From Adineta vaga (taxonomy: Eukaryota > Animalia > Rotifera): DNA of 64,000 bases. The notes under the pieces are model-generated. The model was given only the letters and a program-made list of their open reading frames with translations, had not been told where the DNA came from and ran no database searches. The position numbers were made by a program, and so were the translations under genes. Location: NCBI GenBank assembly GCA_021613535.1, contig CP075496.1, positions 2,728,001-2,792,000 of the forward strand. Reading direction: 5' to 3'. This document shows, one piece after another, positions 55,094-64,000 of this stretch; positions within the stretch are counted from its first letter, which is position 1, and each line of letters begins with the position of its first letter.

Positions 55094-57720
55094 TTATTGC
55101 AAATTTAATTGTTTTTCCAATTGATTATTTTCGCTTTGTAGTTGTAATATTTTTTGGTTTAATTGAAATTTTTCTTTATCAAATTTCTTTCTTTCTTCAG
55201 TAGATGTTCTTCGTAATTCATGAATTAATAAATCTTTTTCTTCTAATAATTCTTTTAGTAGAACAATTTCATTTTGTAATTGTTTTATTGAAGATTGACT
55301 ATCAATTGATTGATTTGATGAAACATAATCATTTGAATATGATTCATTTTCGTTCGGTAATATATGCGATTGAATAGCTTTCGACATACTTGATTTAAAA
55401 CTTGAAAATGATTTACCAAATTTATTAGTTAAACCTTTTTTCGATGGATATTTTTCCATTTTACGTATTGGCATTGATATTGGAACATCAAGTGTTGATT
55501 TTGGATGAGGTTGATTATCTATAGAAAGAAATATAAAAAATAAGATTTATTTATTCTAAGATTATTAATTCAGTCTATGTCTATTCAAATTACCAAAGAA
55601 AAAAAGGCTTTTGATGATTGAAAAGTATCATATAGTTTTCAATTTTAATGCAATTATATCTATCGTTTTCGAATATGTTTATCTCAGAAAATATTTAATA
55701 GATTAATTCACCTTCTTTTTGTCTCTTTTGAACAAAACAATCATCCATTGTCGTTGCATTTTGTTCTCTACTTTCATAATCTGTTTTCGAATCTAATAAA
55801 TCAATACTTCCATATCGTTTTGGTCGATTATCTTGATAAAATGATTTTGAATTGATTTTTGATGATGTTCGAGTTGTATTTAAATGATCCAAAGATTCTT
55901 TTTCGATTGTTGTTTGTTGTCGATCGAAATCGATTTGACTTTTAAGACTTGAATTTGCACTATCTATTGATGAAAATACTTCCATACATATTGATGGCAT
56001 CGATTTTGAACGAGAGTTTGCTGTCACAGGATGATCATTTGATGATAATAATGATGAAAATGAAGAAAATCCACTTGATTTTGTAATTGATTCATTTCTT
56101 TGTTCATAAGAATCATGAAATTGATTTGAGGAATGATTATTCTATATGCAAAATAAGTTTTTAACAAAGAAAACAAAAATGCAAATTCTTTACCGAAAAA
56201 AGATATTCACTTTGATCAATCAATACTTTAATTAATGGAAGTAAATTATAACTAAAATGAGTTTTAGAGAATAATTTTTATAAAGAAATGAATTAAATAA
56301 TTTACTTATGCCCTTTAATCATATTAAGATCAAGTTCTTCGACAGGTCGAATTAAATTATTACCAAAAACGACAGCTAAATTATCCGCATCCATTTTTGT
56401 TGTTTGTACATATTCAGTGATTTTTCGTAGAAATAAACATAGATATGCTAAAACAGCATAATTTATCGTATTCAAAAGCTTTATCTCAATTAATTGTTTC
56501 AAAGCATTTAACTCATTTGTTTGATTATATTTAAAACGTGAACCAATTTCAAGAAAATCATCGAAATATTTAGTAGGAATAATTGGTTCGGGTAAAGAGT
56601 GTAAATAAGCTTTTAATAATGATGATATGGTTGCTGGTGAATGCGATTGATTTAATTCAACAATTAAACCACGATCATACATATCACGTAACTCTCTTAT
56701 TGAAGATTGTTTACCGGGTACTCTAAAGAAATCTTTGTTGAATTTATTTCGGAGAATATTCATTACTATTTACCGAAATAAACCAACAAATGTTGAACCA
56801 TATTCAAGTAAATATTCACAACATTGTCGAACAAGTAAAGGTACAGATGAAGATTTGTCTTGAGAATATTTATATGTAATCTCTAATGATTGTCCAAAAA
56901 TAGCTAAATGATAGAATTAAGATATACATTGTATTTCATCATTATTTGAATTCAATTTGTAGTTTGAAATGTTTGTATTCAATTTTTTATGTGCTATAAA
57001 CGAATCGTATATGATCTTCATAAAGATGATTCATTTATGCAATATTATTCATTTGATAATTTATTCTATTGAATTTTTCTATTAACAATATAGTCAGTCA
57101 CACGTAAACAAGATATGAGTTAATATATACAGAAATCTTGAGAATGATTTTGTGACTAAATATATCTCATACTCGTATCCTTCGATTTCTTTTATTAACT
57201 TGATTGATTTATGTATTAAATAAAGAACATTCTTTTAATAAAAAGACAAATAACTTACCACCCCCATTCCGACTGTAAGCCGTTTGTTTCAATGTTAATA
57301 ACCATTTATCATAATCAACTTTCGTTTCTGTTTGTAATAAATGTGTTGCTTTGTTATCTTGAAAAAAAAATATAAATAAAAACAACTGATAAATATTTCC
57401 TAAAGAAATTTCTTGTATTTACTATTTGGTTGTATTTCATTGATTGTAATTAAAAAATTCTGATTATTAGAATCATTATTGAATAGATTTTCTGAATCAT
57501 GAATGATAATATTTGGTAAAAGTTTAATCCACTCTCTATATCGTGCATCTGCTCTTGATGAAATAAATAGAACAGATTTATCCCAATCAATAGTACAATA
57601 TCGACGATGCCATTTTGTTTGACTTGATAGTTTTATTTTCAACCATCCTTCAAATATTAAGATAAGTTAGGACTTTTTCTTCATAAAAACAAATTTCATA
57701 CCTTCTTTAGATTTCGACAT
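55094..57720 (-). CDS. PH-RhoGAP with C-terminal coiled coil (ARHGAP22/24/25-like)
   Basis: KEGWLK..KWHRRY (PH); GGAIFGQSL, GLFR|VPG arginine finger, SLLKAYLHSLPEPIIP, KMDADNLAVVFG; coiled-coil final exon. Confidence 0.88.
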
Positions 57721-57913
57721 CTTTCAAAAAAAATGATGTTTGACTAAGAAAAAATATTGGTTTCTACGAACCAATCAAATCATTTCAAACATTTGTAAAG
57801 AGGTTTGAAGTTAGATTTCCATTCGTCCAAGTAACGATGACGTATTCTTACTCATTCCATTTTCTCCTTTATTCATTAATGCGAGAAAAACATATCAAGC
57901 GTTTCTTTCTACC

Positions 57914-59353
57914 ATGAGACTTGTATTGATAGTAACGATTATTACTTGTTTGGCATTTCATCTTGTTCAAGGTTTGTTTCTATCAAAGTTTTTCCAAAGA
58001 AAAAAGAAGGATTTGATTTCTCTTGAAAATATTTAGGTGGAAACCAACAGAGTGTTTTACTCGAAAATGTCCAAACATTAACACTTTATAAAGGGCAAAA
58101 GACTCAAGCAAGACGAGTTTCATCAATTCCACAATTGAAATGTGTTGGTGGTTCAGCAAAAAATGCTTTTGAACCTGATGTAGTGCAATGTTATAATCGA
58201 GGATCAAATGGTATCGATATTCAAGTAAAATTCGATTTCTTTATTTGATATTTCAAAATATGAATGTTATTCTTTTTACTAGTGGGAATGTACAGCTGAA
58301 ATGCCCAAAAAATTTAAATTCGGAAAATTAAGTGTTTCATGTGAAGGATATAATTATCCAGAAGATCCATATATTTTAGCAGGATCATGTGGAGTAAGTT
58401 TATTTATGTTCAATTTTAATGCAAAGAATAACAAGGAGTTGATTTTTTAGTTAGAGTATAGTCTAGAATATACGGATAAAGACTTCTTTGATTCAAAACA
58501 ATCTTCAAATGTTCGACATTCGTATGTTTTGAAATTATTTATTTTCAATGTCGACATCATTTTTCTTTAGATCCGAATCAAGATTTTGGCCATTCTTATT
58601 CAAAGTTGCATTGATTGTTGGTGTATTTTTTGCTCTTAAATCATTTATATCTGGTGGTAATCGAACTGGTGGTGGTGTACGACCAATGTCGGCTGGACCA
58701 GATCATCGTCCTCCAGGTAAATTTTCGCGATTAATTCTATTTTATATCTAATTTAAATACAGGTGGTGGTGGTGGTGGTGGATGGTTTTCAAACTTTTTT
58801 CCTGGTGGTTTTGGTGGTATGGGTGGTACACCAGGCACTGGTGACGCACGACGTAGACAAACACCACCAGCAGCAGGCTTTCGAGATGATTTTACTAATT
58901 TTGGAAATGATGGAGCAGGTAAGAAAATTAGGCAACTTAAATGATAATGTTATAATTATTTTCTTGTTCAGATTGTCATGCTAATCGACAACAAAATGCT
59001 GCTGGAGGTGGAGGTACTGCTAATTTCTTAACAGGTGCTGCACTTGGTGCTTTGGGTGGTTATGTTTTTGGTAATCGACGGTAATTTCATAAATTATATC
59101 CATTTCAATATAACTTATTAAAAAAACTATTGTTCTAGAACAAATAATCAATATACGGCAGGTACAGCAAATACTGGTTGGTTTGGTACTGGAACGACTA
59201 ACACCGATGCATATCGACGTAATCCTTCACCATCGTCAGGTGGTTCTCACACTAGCACTGGTAGGATGATTGTTATGAATTGGTTTTTTATCGCATCAAT
59301 GCGTGTTTTTTTCTCTATGTTCGATAGGTTTCGGTGGAACAACTCGTCGATAA
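57914..59353 (+). CDS. SARAF: Store-operated calcium entry-associated regulatory factor (TMEM66)
   Basis: Signal peptide, VLLENVQTLTL..TQARRVSSIPQLKCVGGSA..VVQCYNRG..VSCEGYNYPEDPYILAGSCG, TM helix, G-rich tail, and C-terminal STGFGGTTRR*. Confidence 0.95.
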
Positions 59354-59790
59354 ATCAATTTGTACAAATAAAAACATTCTTCAGTCCTACTTTATCTTAT
59401 TTAACTCAGAATTTCATGGGATGTATTTTGAATTTTTTTTTCTTTTTTTTCCTTACATAAACAAGCAAAGATTTTTTGTTTTGTTAATTTGTTCATTTGA
59501 ACTATTGCTAATTGATGATAGAAAGTGCATAGTACTCAAAAAACCTGTATCCTCCCTTAATACATAAAGATATAAATGTTGCAAGCACTGATAGTGTATA
59601 TCGATTTATTAGCATATTAAAACAGACGTAATGTTTCATTCATTTTATCTTCTGTCTGACCTTCACAAAGAACAATAAAATATACGATTGTTTTCTATTA
59701 TGAGTCGATACTTCTGTTTCATATTTCTCTCAAATAGTTCATGTATTTATAGACGATATCATAGATTTGAATTTAAAATAGAAAAATGTT

Positions 59791-59806
59791 AGCCCTAAAG
59801 AGGGCT
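59791..59806 (-). terminator. Histone 3' stem-loop of H4 (AGCCCT CTTT AGGGCT)
   Basis: 6-bp stem and 4-nt loop preceded by AAAACCCAAC, ~70 nt after the stop codon; identical in all three histone genes. Confidence 0.92.
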
Positions 59807-59876
59807 GTTGGGTTTTTTTATATTATGAGAGTGATATTATTCATCTCATTCGATACTGAGCAGTAGATGTAACTGC

Positions 59877-61027
<1,151 letters not shown>

Positions 61028-61102
61028 ATGACATCAACGATGAAAGGAAATCAGAGATGAATAACATCACTCTCAAAACATCATAAATAACTAAAACCCA
61101 AC

Positions 61103-61118
61103 AGCCCTCTTTAGGGCT
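61103..61118 (+). terminator. Histone 3' stem-loop of H3
   Basis: AAAACCCAAC-AGCCCTCTTTAGGGCT-A, 75 nt after the stop codon. Confidence 0.92.
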
Positions 61119-61799
61119 AAAATATTCTATATTTTAAATTCAAAAATATATGAAATCGTGTTATCATCAACAAATTTGAATCTCAATTCGTGTTATTTGA
61201 GTTTTTTCATAAATTATCTTTGTGATCTAATTGAACGCGTCATTTATTGACTGTTTACTTTGAGGGAAGTAGTTGGTTGATGATTTTATTTCATCGAAAC
61301 TAGCACACTTTTGACATTTGATAGATTGAAATGTTCATAGATACATATATATATATGATGTTGATTGGTTGATAAACAAATTTGAAATGTGAGCGCTTGT
61401 GTCATTCTTATCTAATCAGACCAATTGTTTTAATTTTATTGGATTGAAAACGTTTCTTTTGTTACAAGTATGATTGCAAATGTTCAAATACAAACTGTTC
61501 CAAGTCAGATTTTTTTTCGTTGAGAATGCAAGTCATTCATTCGAAACTATCAATAGAAATTTATTCTAATTTTTTTATTAGTGAAATACTGTAAACAATA
61601 CGATCGTTCATCTATCAATTATCTATCGTGTTATGAAATTTGGTACGACGAAAAAAATCCTTTTCATTCAAAAATGTTTTTCAACGTAATAAATTGATAT
61701 TGTAAATATTTATTTAAACAACTACTAGTAGTATAGCAACAGGAACAAATTCAACTAGTTACAAACGAATCCATATCTTTTAAATATAAGATATAATAT

Positions 61800-61815
61800 A
61801 GCCCTAAAGAGGGCT
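61800..61815 (-). terminator. Histone 3' stem-loop of H2B
   Basis: Same 16-mer with the same 5' flank, 67 nt after the stop codon. Confidence 0.92.
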
Positions 61816-61882
61816 GTTGGGTTTTAGTTATTTATAATATTTTGAGAGTGGTTTTATTCATCTCAATATATTCACCATCAAT

Positions 61883-62332
61883 CTACTTAGCACTGGTGTA
61901 TTTGGTAACAGCTTTTGTACCTTCTGATACAGCGTGTTTAGCTAATTCACCAGGTAATAAGAGACGAACAGCTGTTTGAATTTCACGTGATGAAATTGTT
62001 GATCGTTTGTTATAATGAGATAAACGTGACGATTCAGCTGCAATACGTTCAAAGATATCATTCACGAATGAATTCCTAATAGATAAGATGATGAATATAA
62101 ATAAAATCATATCACTTTAAAAAGAAATGAAAACTTACATGATCGACATAGCTTTTGACGAAATACCAGTATCTGGATGAACTTGTTTAAGAACCTTGTA
62201 GATATAGATTGAGTAGGTTTCTTTTCGTCGACGTTTTTGTTTCTTCTCACTTTTTGGTCCGGCTGAACCTTTGCTGGTTTTTGTAACAGCCTTTTTCGAT
62301 CCTTTTGATGGAGTTTGAGCTTTTGGTGGCAT
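61883..62332 (-). CDS. H2B: Histone H2B with one intron (62076-62138)
   Basis: [30 protein letters not shown]|[28 protein letters not shown]. Confidence 0.98.
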
Positions 62333-62520
62333 AACGAATTTATTTCAATCGAATGAGCGAAAGAAGTATACGTAGATATGAGAAGAAATATGTGCATCTA
62401 TCGTTGCTTATATAGACCATTTCAATGACAACTTTTATGAACCAATCAGAAGCCGAGCTTACTGATTTCGTATTGGTTGATTTTAGTGTACAGACATGTT
62501 CTTTTCATATATATACACAA
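62333..62520. promoter_or_regulatory. H2B promoter with mirror-image CCAAT/TATA layout
   Basis: CTATATAAG on minus (~62407-62415), CCAATCAG at 62442, ATTGGTTGAT at 62473, and a plus-facing TATATATA at ~62508. Confidence 0.7.
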
Positions 62521-62710
62521 AACAGAATTACAAGAGAAAAATATGTTTTCATCATCGTGTTTTTTCCTCGATCAGGTGACTTTTCATTGTACTAAGACGT
62601 CAATTAAAGTTTCTTTTCAAAATCAAAGTTTATTTCCTGAACTGAACTGAACAAATGTTTGTTCAATTTTATTATTACAAAAATAAAGATGTAAAAAAAT
62701 AGTTCAAATA

Positions 62711-63981
62711 TTAATCATTTGGATTAGACCATAACCATGTTCTCGTGCCAACAAGCGCAGCATTAGTCGAATGAACTGGAAGACGTTTTTCTAAAATAAA
62801 AAGATGAAGTACAATAAATAGATGACAAAGAAAGTTTATATATGCCTTACGTCGTGATAATTTCTTTTGCTGCCGTTCACCTACAATACAAAGTAAAGCA
62901 TTTTGAAACTGTATAGCTTTAACACGTTTATAGAAAATACTTAATCTAAACTAACAATAGAAATATTCACCTTTAAATAATGCACTAACATAAAAAACCA
63001 AAACAATAGTTGGAATGAAAAATGATAATCCCATCACAGCCATATAATCTGGATCATGTCTTCTACATTCATATATTTTACTCCATAATAATCGAGTATA
63101 ATTCATCTTGAAAAAGAAAGAAAACAAAATACATGTGTAAAACTAAACTCAATATCTTGTTACTCTTGGCTTACGGTATCAACAATATCCATACAAACTC
63201 CACCTTTATTTTCTTGTGTTAATTGTAAAAAGAGATCATTGATATCATTATACGATGTCAAACATACTGTACATACATTCGTATTCAATGTCACATTGAG
63301 ATCAATAGGAATGATTGGAACTATACGCTATTAATACAGTATTCAATAAAATATTAACAAAATCAACTAAAAATGAAAGAAACTTACACCAGTTGCATTG
63401 AATATACAATAATCAAATGCTACTTTTTTTCGAAAAAAACTTGTTGTACTATCTGTCAGACTATAATGAATCGTACCATTTGTATCATTATAACCTGTGA
63501 TACAATCTAAAGAAGAAATTTTCTATTAAATTATTCAGTTAATTGTTTTTTTGAAAACTTACTATCACAAAATGAAGACGACCAAATATTTTGTACAAAT
63601 GCAATTAATTGAGCAACAATCTGTATTGAATCATAACTTTCTAGAAATTGTTTACACGTTATCTTTCTATCCAAATCAGAATATGTCTAAACGAAACATT
63701 CTCTTATAGAAAAATCGAATTAAATTTGAAAAAAGAAACTGCAAACAAACTTGTTCTAATAAACCAATAAGATCTTGTAAACGTGCATAGTTATCAACAC
63801 AACCTTCACATAATTTAAATGGTCGTGCTCGACTAACAGCACAATTAAGAAAATCTGATGACATATATGATAAACGATCAAGTATAGCTAAACATGGATT
63901 TTGTATTGGATAGATTGGATCACTATAATTTTCATTAATTAATTGAATAAACAAAAAAAAGACTAGAACTTTCCACCACAT
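62711..63981 (-). CDS. OSTM1: Osteopetrosis-associated transmembrane protein 1 (ClC-7 beta subunit)
   Basis: Signal peptide; FLNCAVSRARPFKLCEGC; QIV..IWSSSFCD; CTVCLTSYNDINDLF..GVCMDIVDTMNYTRLLWS..C; TM ..VVLVFYVSA; basic tail. Confidence 0.9.
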
Positions 63982-64000
63982 GATTCTCAATCAATTTCTC

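Overview
AT-rich, gene-dense eukaryotic (metazoan) DNA with mostly 50-70 bp GT-AG introns. Composition, intron size and gene content suggest a bdelloid rotifer; this is an inference, not a database match. Bases ~1-5400 are a transposon graveyard: a 5'-truncated, decayed RLE-type non-LTR retrotransposon, a 365-bp MITE with a perfect 9-bp target-site duplication, and older TIR relics. The rest is tightly packed genes, mostly on the minus strand: RRS1, TRRAP (with an antisense membrane-protein gene nested in an intron), MCTS1, an orphan, an SH(Y/F)RG-type surface protein, a GEX1/KAR5/Brambleberry nuclear-fusion gene, COPB2, a class A GPCR, beta-TrCP, a SPOP-like MATH-BTB gene, ADK, DPYD, eIF4E, a PH-RhoGAP, SARAF, histones H4/H3/H2B and OSTM1. 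Three signals stand out. (1) The intron-containing histone genes share a non-canonical 3' stem-loop (AGCCCT-CTTT-AGGGCT) and a second, covarying hairpin 20-28 nt upstream of it, and the cluster has no H2A. (2) Several same-strand gene pairs are only ~120-240 bp apart and have an apparently unpaired splice acceptor before the downstream gene, which suggests SL trans-spliced operons. (3) There is an intact karyogamy-family gene in a probably asexual lineage. Gene coordinates are start-to-stop spans assembled by eye, so internal splice sites are approximate unless stated.
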